The notes under the pieces are model-generated. The model was not told the DNA's origin. It saw only the letters and a list, made by a program, of their open reading frames with translations, and did no database searches. Shown here in pieces: positions 31,438 through 41,235 of a stretch of 64,000 nt of DNA. The position numbers and the translations under genes are program-made. The stretch is from IMG/VR virus record IMGVR_UViG_3300033145_003233, positions 186,001 to 250,000 of that record, one strand, 5' to 3'. Position 1 is the first letter of the stretch; each line of letters starts with the position of its first letter.

Positions 31438-32013
31438 TCACTTTCCAACCAGCTCTGTCATATTTTCATATTCCCACCATACCAGCAAAGAACTTTCTTG
31501 ACATTTCTGAATGCCTCTCTTGATAGTAGTACAAGTAGTGCATTCTTTTATACCCAATATTTCTCCAGTTTCTTTAAGACTTCTTTCTTCGAAATAATAA
31601 TGAAAAATTGCTTTCAACTGTCTTTTAGTGGGTTCTTGAAGTAACAACTTCCAGAGTAATTCATTGTTCTCTAATCTTAGCAAGCCGGGATCTTCCCATG
31701 GGTTTTTCCTCTCAAGATAACTATCTTCGTGTCCATCATCAACTCCTCCACTAACGTCCACATTAGTTAAAAGCTTGGGTCTTTTTCTTCTCACTTTTTT
31801 AATGGAAATATCTCTTGTTTGGGACTTGATATAACTCAACATATCAAACTTTGCTCTATTAACTACTATGGGTGGATCAGGATGATAAAAATCCCCGCAT
31901 GTTAACCATGCTTCATTAACGAGTTCATTAGGTTCAAAACGGCCGCCCCAATTCTTCGCAATTTTATGCGCCACTCTGGTGATAGGTTCTAAAAGTTCTT
32001 CAAATCTTGCCAT
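31438..32013 (-). CDS. Sigma-70-family RNA polymerase sigma factor (regions 2 and 4)
   Basis: ELVNEAW (region 2); QLKAIFHYYFEERSLKETGEILGIKE...IKRGIQK (region 4 HTH, FliA/ECF-like). Confidence 0.8.
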   Translation of the reverse strand: MARFEELLEPITRVAHKIAKNWGGRFEPNELVNEAWLTCGDFYHPDPPIVVNRAKFDMLSYIKSQTRDISIKKVRRKRPKLLTNVDVSGGVDDGHEDSYLERKNPWEDPGLLRLENNELLWKLLLQEPTKRQLKAIFHYYFEERSLKETGEILGIKECTTCTTIKRGIQKCQESSLLVWWEYENMTELVGK

Positions 32014-32046
32014 GTAATCTTTCTACTTTAACATTTCAACTTTGGC

Positions 32047-32075
32047 ATTATACCATAATCTACTTTTGTTTGCAA
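32047..32075 (-). promoter_or_regulatory. sigma70-type promoter for the phage sigma gene
   Basis: TTGCAA-17-TATAAT. Confidence 0.7.
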
Positions 32076-32100
32076 CAAAAAAATATAAAAAAATATAAGT

Positions 32101-32469
32101 TTATTTGGCATTTTCTTTTGCCCATTTTACTGCTTCTCTGATAGCACGCCTAACCATTCTTGTTTGCTCTTTCTGTGGGACAGTCTCAATGCTAAATAGT
32201 TTACAAGCCAGCATCTCAACTATTGGATGGTTAGGCTCTACAACCAGATCTCCGAGTCTATCTCTCTGTTTTTTCTCTCTCACTATCTCCTTACAAAATT
32301 GCTGTGCCCATTTTGCTGCCACCTTAACTGTATTTTCTACCATTTTCATCTTCTCTTTTGGCGGCACAATCTCAATACCGAATAGTTCCGTTCCCAAAAG
32401 TTCAGCTAATGGATGATCAGGTTGAACAGCAGAAGCATTAAGCTTCTTTGTAAGTTCGTCTCTATCCAT
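32101..32469 (-). CDS. Hypothetical protein with internal duplication
   Basis: V.P.HP..E.L...LF.IE.VP.KE...MV......A.KWA occurs twice. Confidence 0.65.
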   Translation of the reverse strand: MDRDELTKKLNASAVQPDHPLAELLGTELFGIEIVPPKEKMKMVENTVKVAAKWAQQFCKEIVREKKQRDRLGDLVVEPNHPIVEMLACKLFSIETVPQKEQTRMVRRAIREAVKWAKENAK

Positions 32470-32480
32470 TTATTCTCTCT

Positions 32481-32777
32481 TTACAAAATTGGGAAATCAA
32501 AAACAGCGGAGGTAGCCTTAAGTTCAGCACCCCAACAACCACAACCAGCCAATTGCCCGCCACATTTAGGGCATCTCTCACAATCACAACCAAAATGATG
32601 AAGTTGGCCAGGCATTGCATTACAGTCGTGGCAAAAATAACCCCTATTAGGTTCTTTGCTAAAATCAACTCTAATCCTTTCAATGCCCATTTCCGATGAT
32701 GAGTTTTGTAAGTATCGGAGCGTACATCCATTTCCCTGTTTCATTTCTCTTTTGCAATCATTACAATCAACCGACAT
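32481..32777 (-). CDS. Cys-rich Zn-binding phage protein
   Basis: CHDC...G..H..GCDCERCPKCGGQL..CGC. Confidence 0.7.
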   Translation of the reverse strand: MSVDCNDCKREMKQGNGCTLRYLQNSSSEMGIERIRVDFSKEPNRGYFCHDCNAMPGQLHHFGCDCERCPKCGGQLAGCGCWGAELKATSAVFDFPIL

Positions 32778-32794
32778 AATTCTCCTTCTCGATT

Positions 32795-34138
32795 TTAAAT
32801 TTCATCCTCTATCTGTCTCAATATTTGTTCGGCAATAGCTTTAAGAGCATTATAGCCACCACCACCCTTTGAAATTTTGGCTTGGTTTTCCCAGAGCCGG
32901 GGTTGGGTAAGAGTTTTACTCTTCTTAAGAGAGTTATAAACATTCTCGATATTCCAGTCTATATCCCTATTGAAGAATTTGCTATACATGCGACCTAAAA
33001 GATATGACATACCAGCGATACCCAGAGAACGATGCATGATGTAATTGTCAGGATTTCTCCATATCTTAGGGCAAGCCCTTTTTAATGCTGACCAAAAAAC
33101 TGTCGTGATACGACTCAAATCATCTGCCTTCACTCCCTGAATAGTCCCTTCGCTCCAATACTCAGCTTGCATCCACTTAACAAGAGGTTTCATTCCAGTT
33201 ATAAAACTTGAAGAGCGAGAGCTTATTTTTTTACCCTTTGGAGTATCAGGCAATTCAACCAGATTATGCCATGGGCTAATCCGATCATCACACATTGCGG
33301 TAACTGCTCCAGCAATAACAGCTTTTGTCACATCATCCCACGTCTGATTAGGACCAATGACAAGATGTTTGTTGTTATTAAAATCGACAATAGCGCTATG
33401 AGCAGTTGATACTCTTGTCTGTTTTCTATTGTGATTTAAAAAGAGACCCTCTTCCTCTGCATAAGAAAGTTGAGAGACACAGAAAGGAACAGTTAAATTG
33501 CTATAATTGATACCTCCGTCTGTAGCCATACTTGCCAAATGATAATGCAACAAAGCGATATAACCGAAACGCCGTGTTTGACCATCATAAGTCCAAAGAG
33601 TGCAATCAGCTGGAATCCTCAATATGCCCACCACCGAAGAAAGTTTACGTTTGGGAGCATCTGCCATCATATCCTTAAGGGGGATAAAAGTAACCTTCTT
33701 ATCCCGGTCATTGACCATCAGTTCTCCGAAACAGATATTCGACTCACCCTGCATAAACGTTCCAAATGCTCTACCGTTCTTCTCAGTGTTATTCCGTTGA
33801 TATCCCGGTTCTCCATCTTGATGATGATTATAATTAGGAACCTGTACGATAGAAGCTAACTGAGCCACAGTTAACTCTCCCGAATAATAGTAAATACCTT
33901 TCTGACATTTCATAACTACCGGGATTTCGAAATAAGATTGTTTGTCATTCTTATACTCATCCGGAACAATAGAAACATTGTCAGATTTAGCTATCCTAGC
34001 CATGGCTCCTTTCTGAGAAGATGTATGCATACTAGCTGATGTTTTTTGAGCTTGTGTTCTCCTTTTCTTTCCCTTCCTCTTCCTTGCTCTAGCTTCTTGT
34101 TTTTCTTTCGATCTTGACATCTTAGGACTTCCTTTCAA
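32795..34138 (-). CDS. DGQHR-domain (DndB/ParB-superfamily) protein with basic N-terminal tail
   Basis: LWTYDGQTRRFG; EGLFLNHNRKQTRVS. Confidence 0.75.
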   Translation of the reverse strand: MKGSPKMSRSKEKQEARARKRKGKKRRTQAQKTSASMHTSSQKGAMARIAKSDNVSIVPDEYKNDKQSYFEIPVVMKCQKGIYYYSGELTVAQLASIVQVPNYNHHQDGEPGYQRNNTEKNGRAFGTFMQGESNICFGELMVNDRDKKVTFIPLKDMMADAPKRKLSSVVGILRIPADCTLWTYDGQTRRFGYIALLHYHLASMATDGGINYSNLTVPFCVSQLSYAEEEGLFLNHNRKQTRVSTAHSAIVDFNNNKHLVIGPNQTWDDVTKAVIAGAVTAMCDDRISPWHNLVELPDTPKGKKISSRSSSFITGMKPLVKWMQAEYWSEGTIQGVKADDLSRITTVFWSALKRACPKIWRNPDNYIMHRSLGIAGMSYLLGRMYSKFFNRDIDWNIENVYNSLKKSKTLTQPRLWENQAKISKGGGGYNALKAIAEQILRQIEDEI

Positions 34139-34181
34139 CTTAATAATCTAATCAACATCAAAACTTCACATCTCTCACTAT

Positions 34182-34210
34182 TATATACGCTCGAACTGAT
34201 GACTTGTCAA
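34182..34210 (-). promoter_or_regulatory. sigma70-type promoter for the DGQHR gene
   Basis: TTGACA-17-TATATA(AT). Confidence 0.7.
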
Positions 34211-34211
34211 G

Positions 34212-34929
34212 CTATTTTTTATTTTGTTCTTCTTTTTCTCTTAAAGTTCTAATACTATCTTTCACCAATGTCACTCCCTCATCTATCTTCAATTTCTTTT
34301 TAACTTTTGTGACTTTCTCTCCCAATCCGAATAAATGTATATTTTTAACGAACCACTCTATCCCCCATTTACAGAACATTCCCAATACCACTACTATAAG
34401 AGCTATCAAGAGGGGGAAAAAAAGAAAAAGAAGAAAACCAAAAAGCAGTGTTGTAACAAGGCATATGACTCCTGCGACTACAACAACCAACAAAGCTTTT
34501 TTCTTCTTTTTATTCAGCATTTTCATAATCTATTATTTCAAATCTTTCTGTATCATCTTTCATTTCTTTTCTTAACCCAATCGCACCGCCACAGGCACAT
34601 ACAACGGTATAAAGAAGTTTAATTTCTATTTTCTGTTCCCAGTTATTATTAGATAGCTCTATAACTTTTGCATTACCCATTATTTCATAAGAATTATTCC
34701 CTATTAAAAGAATCGCCCTATGTTCGCTATCCCTTTTCAAAAGTAGCTTACGTTTCATATCATCCATTGCTATTCTAAAATACAGCCAATAGACAACTTT
34801 ATCATCTATCATATGAATAGTAACACTAGCAACCTTATCTATATGTATCTCAAAAGCTGGATCTGTGCAAAATTTTATATAATTATTTTTTCCATTTGGC
34901 ACAAAAAATTTATAATCTATTTTTTTCAT
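34212..34929 (-). CDS. Membrane protein (34212-34526) and RF-motif protein (34510-34929)
   Basis: The second ORF ends ERFEIIDYENAE. Confidence 0.65.
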
Positions 34930-34936
34930 TCAAAAG

Positions 34937-34965
34937 ATTATAACAATCTTTCACTTTCTTGTCAA
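34937..34965 (-). promoter_or_regulatory. Consensus sigma70 promoter with extended -10
   Basis: TTGACA-17-(TGT)TATAAT. Confidence 0.85.
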
Positions 34966-35234
34966 GTCTTTTTTTTCATATGTCGAACTAAACCATTATA
35001 TTTAGCAAGAAACTGATGTATTGTCGATAATTTCCATCCACATTTTCTAAAGAGAAAATTACTAATTGATCGTAACATAGATTGATGAGGTCTAGAGGTA
35101 ACTTTACTTACTGGAATTTGTGGATTTTGTTTTATCATAAAATAAAGAGCATTTGCCATGTGTTCTGGGCTATGAGAGGGAGCAACATGGGCCACCATCC
35201 TCATCATTTCATCTTTAAAAGTAGTATATTTCAT
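34962..35234 (-). CDS. Hypothetical protein, possibly HTH
   Basis: ORF directly downstream of a box promoter. Confidence 0.55.
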   Translation of the reverse strand: MKYTTFKDEMMRMVAHVAPSHSPEHMANALYFMIKQNPQIPVSKVTSRPHQSMLRSISNFLFRKCGWKLSTIHQFLAKYNGLVRHMKKKT

Positions 35235-35258
35235 TTTTCTCTCTTTAACGAGGTTTTC

Positions 35259-35297
35259 ATACTACTCCATGCAAAAATTATTTGTCTGGAAAATTAA
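35259..35297 (-). promoter_or_regulatory. Box promoter TTTTCCAGACA-N18-TAGTAT
   Basis: CAGACA at 35288-35283; -10 at 35264-35259. Confidence 0.7.
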
Positions 35298-35339
35298 CAA
35301 AAAAAGGCATAAGCCCCTTAGACGCAGGAAGTTATGCCA
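35298..35339 (-). terminator. Intrinsic terminator
   Basis: GGCATAA-C-TTCC-N9-GGGG-C-TTATGCC followed by T7. Confidence 0.7.
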
Positions 35340-35386
35340 ATTGAGATAGTCTCGCCTTTTTAATTTTCGGTTTTGAAGACTCACTC
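35298..35386 (-). ncRNA. Candidate ~85-nt small RNA
   Basis: Lies between a box promoter (-10 at 35395-35390) and a terminator; 5' hairpin GAG.AGTCTT/GAGACT.CTC; no credible ORF. Confidence 0.45.
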
Positions 35387-35389
35387 AAC

Positions 35390-35428
35390 AAGCTACGTCT
35401 CAGAAAAAACATTTGTCTGGAAAATTAA
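35390..35428 (-). promoter_or_regulatory. Box promoter TTTTCCAGACA-N18-TAGCTT
   Basis: CAGACA at 35419-35414. Confidence 0.65.
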
Positions 35429-36511
35429 TTATTCCACAATTTCTGCAATTGAATTTACTTCTCTTTGGAACTTAGCATAATCGTCCCCGCCAAGAGCTTC
35501 CCTAGTATAAGAGATGTATTTAGAACTTATATCTATTCCCACATATTTTCTATGATAATGTTTGCAAACATGACCTGTCGTTCCTGTTCCATTGAAAGGA
35601 TCGAGAACTAAACACTCTTGAGCTAGGCCGTCCAAGCAATCACAGCCGGACTCCCATTCTAAGATATTACTTTTCTTTCTTACCCATGGAGTTTTACATT
35701 GAGAGCAACATCCCCCTGAAGAAGTTCCAGCCATAAGACATGGTTTAATTAAATCTATAGGATATATAGCAAAATGTTTTATCTTACTATTAGCAGTAGC
35801 TACTTCCCAAATATCTCTCTTATTACGTTTTATATGATCTGATAATTTTTCATCATCAGAAAGACCTTCCTTTAAATCATCTATTATTTTTCTCATCTTC
35901 TCATATGTCTTATCCTGAGATTTTCCACTAATAGCATAATTATCATCTTGATAATCTTTTCTTTTTTTTACTCTATTCTTAGAATATGCTCGTCTAATAG
36001 AGATTTCTTTCTGAGGTTCTTTAATGGCTTCATAATCGTAGAAGTACTTTTTATTTTTCGAGAAAAGAAACAAATGCTCATACGATTTTGAAGGTCTATT
36101 TTTAACGCTCTCAGGCATAGGATTCGTTTTCTGCCATATGACATCACAACGCAAATACCATCCAGCATCCCTCATAGCAAATGCCACCATCCACGGAATA
36201 CCTAGTAAATCTTGTGGTTTAAGAGAAGATCCCTTAATAGCTTTCTTACAATAACCATCTCCTATATTGAGCCAGAAGGTTCCATCTTTCCTTAATGTTC
36301 TCCTAACCTCTTCTGAGATTGCTACCAGATTTGCGACATATTCTTCAGGAGTTTCCTCTTGTCCCAACTGCTCCTTTTCTCCGTAATCTCTCTGGTCCCA
36401 ATAGGGAGGACTAGTAATAGCACAGTGGAAAGTATTATCATCGAAGTCCCTTAAGGATGTTAAAGTATCCCCTACTATTAGCTTGAATTTAAAAATCTGT
36501 TCATCACTCAT
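35429..36511 (-). CDS. Beta-class DNA methyltransferase (N4-C/N6-A)
   Basis: TSPPYW (motif IV) precedes VLDPFNGTGTT (motif I); Cys-rich insert. Confidence 0.92.
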   Translation of the reverse strand: MSDEQIFKFKLIVGDTLTSLRDFDDNTFHCAITSPPYWDQRDYGEKEQLGQEETPEEYVANLVAISEEVRRTLRKDGTFWLNIGDGYCKKAIKGSSLKPQDLLGIPWMVAFAMRDAGWYLRCDVIWQKTNPMPESVKNRPSKSYEHLFLFSKNKKYFYDYEAIKEPQKEISIRRAYSKNRVKKRKDYQDDNYAISGKSQDKTYEKMRKIIDDLKEGLSDDEKLSDHIKRNKRDIWEVATANSKIKHFAIYPIDLIKPCLMAGTSSGGCCSQCKTPWVRKKSNILEWESGCDCLDGLAQECLVLDPFNGTGTTGHVCKHYHRKYVGIDISSKYISYTREALGGDDYAKFQREVNSIAEIVE

Positions 36512-36519
36512 ACAAGCTT

Positions 36520-36548
36520 AGTATATGAAAAATGTTATCACTTTTCAA
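36520..36548 (-). promoter_or_regulatory. sigma70-type promoter for the MTase
   Basis: TTGAAA-17-TATACT. Confidence 0.65.
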
Positions 36549-36550
36549 GA

Positions 36551-36579
36551 AAAAAATGCCCCCTAAAAAGAGGGCATTC
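36551..36579 (-). terminator. Intrinsic terminator
   Basis: ATGCCCTC-TTTTTA-GGGGGCAT followed by T-tract. Confidence 0.75.
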
Positions 36580-36621
36580 CGGGTGGGTGATGAAACGCAC
36601 CATAACACGCAGCACTTGGAA

Positions 36622-37125
36622 TTATTTAAAATCAGCTTCTAACATCTGACTTTCTTTTGTACGAAGGACACACTCTACGAATACTACAGTCATGCAATAA
36701 GATAGAAGAGACACATCGTTATCAGTTATTTTTTGCTTCTTTTCCGCAGTCATTTTTAAAAGCAAAGCTACAAGATCCTCAATATAAATAGCAATATGCC
36801 CCCATATAATCTTGCGCATACTCTCTATATAAGAGATACAAGCTTCCGTATCTTGTAAATTAGGACAAGGTTCTGAAATTTCTTTTATCATTAATTCTAC
36901 AAAATCTTCATCTCTGTAATTGTGTGGAGGATATTTGCTATATTTCTTTGGCTCTAACCTCATCTCGCTCAATACTAACCTGAGACAATCATAGAATAGA
37001 AGATCAATACCATCTGACAATTTCTGTTCGGACAAAAAATCTTTCATAGGGGAAAGCTTCCCCTTCATTATTTCCCACGTCTCATCAATAAATGTGATGA
37101 CTTTTATTTTATCCTTATCGCTCAA
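36622..37125 (-). CDS. Helical hypothetical protein, paralog of 37201-37713
   Basis: Shared F..CL.LVL.E..L, .R...WG and D..LL..C motifs. Confidence 0.65.
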   Translation of the reverse strand: MSDKDKIKVITFIDETWEIMKGKLSPMKDFLSEQKLSDGIDLLFYDCLRLVLSEMRLEPKKYSKYPPHNYRDEDFVELMIKEISEPCPNLQDTEACISYIESMRKIIWGHIAIYIEDLVALLLKMTAEKKQKITDNDVSLLSYCMTVVFVECVLRTKESQMLEADFK

Positions 37126-37165
37126 ATTCTAATCCTCAATAAAAATTGTCCATACAAGCCCTTCA

Positions 37166-37200
37166 CCTATACCACTAACAAAAAACATTTGTCTGGAAAA
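37166..37200 (-). promoter_or_regulatory. Box promoter TTTTCCAGACA-N18-TATAGG
   Basis: CAGACA at 37195-37190; imperfect -10. Confidence 0.55.
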
Positions 37201-37713
37201 TTAATTATCTTCTAAAATTTCTATCTCTTTCTCTTTTATCTCAAGTTGCACAATAATCAAAGAGACACACTGAAAAAGTAATGCCATATCTTCTGTATCG
37301 TTCATATGGGGGAATTTTCTAACTAGCTGAATAAGTTTATCCTTATGGGGAACCATACTTCCCCATACACACTCTCTCAGCTTCTCAAGAGTTTTTAATT
37401 TATCTTCTTGACTATTATCTTCTTCTACAAACTTCCAAAGAGAGGCCTCCTCGATAATCCTTAAGAAAGCTCCTTCTGGGCTTTTATCAAAAAGCAACTT
37501 TCCAATCTTTCCATCGGAGCATACAAAATCTTTTTCATATAAAGATATCTCAGTTAACACTAACGTCAGGCATTGAAAAAAAGCAAGAAAATCATGTTGC
37601 GTTATTCTTCTTTCTCCTGAAGCTAGGGTATTGAGTTCTTCTTTACGCAGTCTCATTTCGACCCAGCAACCATCTCTAATGGCTTCTTGTGCTAATCTAT
37701 TAGTATCTTCCAA
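37201..37713 (-). CDS. Helical hypothetical protein (paralog pair)
   Basis: As above. Confidence 0.65.
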   Translation of the reverse strand: MEDTNRLAQEAIRDGCWVEMRLRKEELNTLASGERRITQHDFLAFFQCLTLVLTEISLYEKDFVCSDGKIGKLLFDKSPEGAFLRIIEEASLWKFVEEDNSQEDKLKTLEKLRECVWGSMVPHKDKLIQLVRKFPHMNDTEDMALLFQCVSLIIVQLEIKEKEIEILEDN

Positions 37714-38118
37714 TTAACTATCACCATCTTCTCTGAAATTGTATTCATCTGCTTTTTTATTATGTTCTACTGCTCGTTGATTTAACCATTCTGCCAGCTC
37801 TTTACGTTTTTCAACGGACAACGGAACGCCCTCTGCATTATGTATAAGCACTGATGGAAGAACATTCTCCGGCATCTTCTGCATCACAAATGGCTCTTCA
37901 ATTAATCTTCTTAATTGCAATTGCATCATAGCATCTGAGTCTAATCCCAGAGCATAAACTATTGCCCAAAACCATTCCATATCATCTGAGGGAGGGGCAT
38001 AGCCCTGTTCTATATCAGATAATTCGGAAGGTGGCATCTTTATGGTATCTGCAAATTTTCTTAAGCCCATCCCTGCCTTATGTAATCGCAAATCTTTTAA
38101 CAGTTGACCAAAAAACAT
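37714..38118 (-). CDS. XRE-family HTH protein
   Basis: FGQLLKDLRL...GLRKFADTIKMPPSELSDIEQG..PP. Confidence 0.8.
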   Translation of the reverse strand: MFFGQLLKDLRLHKAGMGLRKFADTIKMPPSELSDIEQGYAPPSDDMEWFWAIVYALGLDSDAMMQLQLRRLIEEPFVMQKMPENVLPSVLIHNAEGVPLSVEKRKELAEWLNQRAVEHNKKADEYNFREDGDS

Positions 38119-38119
38119 T

Positions 38120-38773
38120 TTATATCTCCAAAACTATTGGTTCTTTGTTCATCCTATATTGCTCATCTACCAAAGAACAATTAACAAACTTAATACCTTC
38201 ATGTTCTTCGACTCCATACCCATCATGATTATGTCCGAAAATAGCTATTTTAGGTTTTATCTTAAGTATCCTTTTTAACAAGGACACAGAACCTATCTGT
38301 CTAGAGCGACCATTATATTTAACTGTGTCCATAATACCATAAGGAGGACTATGACATACTAAAATATCAGTATCGTCTGGGATATTTTCCCAATGAAGTT
38401 TTATTCTGTCAGAATTTTTATTGAATGCCCAATTATTAAAAGGCAACTGCCAAGGAGTCCCATAAATCTTCTGCCCCATTAACTCAATGCTCTCATCTTC
38501 AAGATAATGAAAATTAGCATTCATTTTAGGAACTCTCTTTTTATCCGTCTCCCATATCCAGTCATGATTACCAGCAACAACCACACACTCCTTAACAGGT
38601 TGATCTACAAGCCAATACCGAAAATCTACACTTAACCATTCAGCTTGTTGCTCTATGGATAAATAAGCCTCATGATAAGCAGGGCACAGATCCCCTGCCA
38701 CCAAAAGCAAGTCTGCCTCTGGTACAGGGAATTTTAAATTACCATGCATATCTGCAATACACGCTATCTTCAT
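38120..38773 (-). CDS. Calcineurin-like metallophosphoesterase
   Basis: DMHG, AGD, GNHD, HSPP, GHNH. Confidence 0.92.
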   Translation of the reverse strand: MKIACIADMHGNLKFPVPEADLLLVAGDLCPAYHEAYLSIEQQAEWLSVDFRYWLVDQPVKECVVVAGNHDWIWETDKKRVPKMNANFHYLEDESIELMGQKIYGTPWQLPFNNWAFNKNSDRIKLHWENIPDDTDILVCHSPPYGIMDTVKYNGRSRQIGSVSLLKRILKIKPKIAIFGHNHDGYGVEEHEGIKFVNCSLVDEQYRMNKEPIVLEI

Positions 38774-39537
38774 TATTTTTTCGCAGGTTGTATCGTAAGA
38801 TCAACCATCCCTACAAAATATTTTTGTTTTTTACTAAGCACTTTTTGAAGGGCATCATCCACAGTTTTAGACAATTTATCAAAAACTGGATAAACCCTTC
38901 TAGAAGGAGAATCATATTCGAACATAACAAAGCGTGCTCCTCTCCTTCTTCCTTCCAGAGTCCACTTCTCTCTTTGTTTCTGCCTAACAGGTTCAAACAA
39001 ATCTGAAAAAAATTCAAAAAATCCCATCTTTGTCTCCTAATTTAATTGCAGTTTATGTTCTTTCATCCATTCTTTGGACCCAGCTATTTCTTCTGGTTGT
39101 AACCATTTAGCTTCTTCGGTTAAAAACCTATCATTTTTATGACTAATAATAAATCTAGCCGCGTCTTTCAGATTACCAGCATAAATTACAGAACCTTGTT
39201 TAAACTTAGAGCGATTATAACGTTTATCCGTTTCTATAATATCTTCGCTCATCTCTGTTTTAACTACTAGCCAGTGTCCTGATCTTCTCTTTTCATAAGG
39301 GAAATAACGAGTCTTTCCCCAAGGTATTCCATATAGCCCATACCGAATGTCTATATCTTTTGTGAACTTTTCTGCTTCTATATATCCATCAAGGGGATAT
39401 TTATTACCCCCTACATCCATCCATTCTTCATCAACATATACCAGCATAAAAACATAAAAACCTTTTACTTTCATAATCCGTACCTGCCACAACAAGTTGC
39501 CATTACTAAATAGCATTATATACGAATTATCTTTCAC
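38773..39537 (-). CDS. Two hypothetical ORFs (38773-39027, 39037-39537)
   Basis: ORF track. Confidence 0.6.
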
Positions 39538-39546
39538 TTACAAGAG

Positions 39547-39586
39547 AAAAAAGTGTGCAAAATAGATAATTATTCTGCACACTTTT
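39547..39586 (-). terminator. Hairpin terminator after the RNA ligase gene
   Basis: AAAAGTGTGCAGAAT / ATTTTGCACACTTTT followed by T-tract. Confidence 0.7.
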
Positions 39587-39597
39587 CAGGTCAATTC

Positions 39598-40812
39598 TTA
39601 CAAATCATCAGCAAATCTAGTAGCCGCAGATGATGGTAAATATCCTAGTAAAACATTTGCCTTTGGTCTGAAAGCAGTAAACATTTTCCTACGAGAAAGT
39701 GAACTAAAATCATCAAGTGCTGCATGAAACTTATTTTTCCTCATTAAGAAAATATATTTTATTGACTCATTAAACTTCCTTTTACCAAAAGGTTGAGGAC
39801 GTTGAGCTAGATAAAGTCCTAACTCTTTATCAGACATATGTTCAGTAAGGTCATACATATCCTCTACCTCAGAAACAAATGACTCCAACTTTTGAGAAAG
39901 AATCCAAACGATAGTATCGAAGTCTTTTTCTAGTTCCTCAGGAAGTTCCTTTTTCACTTCGTCCAAATCGTCACCATTCAATAATAAATCCCAGATAGCT
40001 AATGGAGTTACCTTTGAAATCAGTTTATGGATACGAACATACTCTGCACCTTTTACCTTTATACGAACACCGCTCTCAAAACGGATAACATATCCTTCTT
40101 CATTTTGAGTTAGAGTCTCAGCCTTTTCCACAATAGATGTCATGTCGTCAAAATCATGCTTAGGCACAAATGCTACTCTTAACTTCTTGCTTGCCTCTAC
40201 TTGAAGATCTTCATAAGAGTACTCTACACCTTGAGGATCAAAAATAGCCAACAACACTAACCCTGAGAAATTGTAATTTACAACTATTTTATTCTCTGGA
40301 TAAATTATCTCGAACAGATAAGTGTTCTTTTTCCAAGCTGACCGAAGGACAACATGATTGCTGATTATCCATTCCTCAGCCCACTTAGCTTGTTCAGATG
40401 TAAAAGAGCCACACGTAGCAACTCTCCATGCTCCCTCGTAGTAGAACATGATTCCAAGAGAACCATCCATTTTTTCAGTAACAGTGAATTCTGATTCTAT
40501 AATAGATGCAGAACCTGATTCTATTTCACCGAAATTAAAAAACTTCATGAAAGGAGAAGCAACTACCACCTTATTTTTAAGGTCCAGAATTAGACCTCTT
40601 GACATTAGAGTAAAGACATTCCAGTTTCTTCCAGCAACACAGTCAATAGAATACTTGAACAAAGCCAAATGTGGAAAATCTGGATGGTAATTAACATTGA
40701 TATTTCCTCTGTTAATTTCCTCGAACAGTCCATCAACAAGGGCTTGAAACTCCATTACTCTAGATGGATGTTTCTTTCCATGTTTTAATAATATTTCCAT
40801 TACGTCATTCAT
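39598..40812 (-). CDS. RNA ligase, T4 Rnl1-like
   Basis: SPFMKFFN, TEKMDGSLG (motif I), EGYVIRF (motif IV), KVKGAEY (motif V). Confidence 0.9.
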   Translation of the reverse strand: MNDVMEILLKHGKKHPSRVMEFQALVDGLFEEINRGNINVNYHPDFPHLALFKYSIDCVAGRNWNVFTLMSRGLILDLKNKVVVASPFMKFFNFGEIESGSASIIESEFTVTEKMDGSLGIMFYYEGAWRVATCGSFTSEQAKWAEEWIISNHVVLRSAWKKNTYLFEIIYPENKIVVNYNFSGLVLLAIFDPQGVEYSYEDLQVEASKKLRVAFVPKHDFDDMTSIVEKAETLTQNEEGYVIRFESGVRIKVKGAEYVRIHKLISKVTPLAIWDLLLNGDDLDEVKKELPEELEKDFDTIVWILSQKLESFVSEVEDMYDLTEHMSDKELGLYLAQRPQPFGKRKFNESIKYIFLMRKNKFHAALDDFSSLSRRKMFTAFRPKANVLLGYLPSSAATRFADDL

Positions 40813-40836
40813 AATAACACCTTAGAAAATACCAAT

Positions 40837-40866
40837 AAAAAAAGATGCGGTTAAAAAGCCGCATCT
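40837..40866 (-). terminator. Intrinsic terminator
   Basis: AGATGCGG-N8-CCGCATCT followed by T-tract. Confidence 0.75.
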
Positions 40867-40905
40867 CTATCCTCTACTCCAGTGGGTTATAGGTTATAGC
40901 TTTTT

Positions 40906-41235
40906 CTATCTCGGGCTTCGACAGATATAGCGACATTTCTCTTTATAAACTTTCCAGAAAGACGTTCTATCCTTCCTGTTAAATTCACCCTTAACGAGAG
41001 CACGCTTAAAAGCGATTTTCCTGCCTATTACATCATTAGGCTGATCCTTGCAATGCTGCTTAGCTGTTCCCAACCCAACTGCATCAGTCACACGTCTGTT
41101 ATTATCTGGATCTAATGCATAAATGTTACAACTTATAATCGACACTTTTTTGCCATTTTCTCCAGGCCTCGCAGAAGCACAAAGCGAACGGCAGAAAGAA
41201 ACCGCATACGTCTTATTTCCAACATTGACCTTCAT
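40906..41235 (-). CDS. Conserved phage hypothetical protein
   Basis: G.A..H.KD.....GRKIAFKRAL pattern. Confidence 0.6.
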   Translation of the reverse strand: MKVNVGNKTYAVSFCRSLCASARPGENGKKVSIISCNIYALDPDNNRRVTDAVGLGTAKQHCKDQPNDVIGRKIAFKRALVKGEFNRKDRTSFWKVYKEKCRYICRSPR

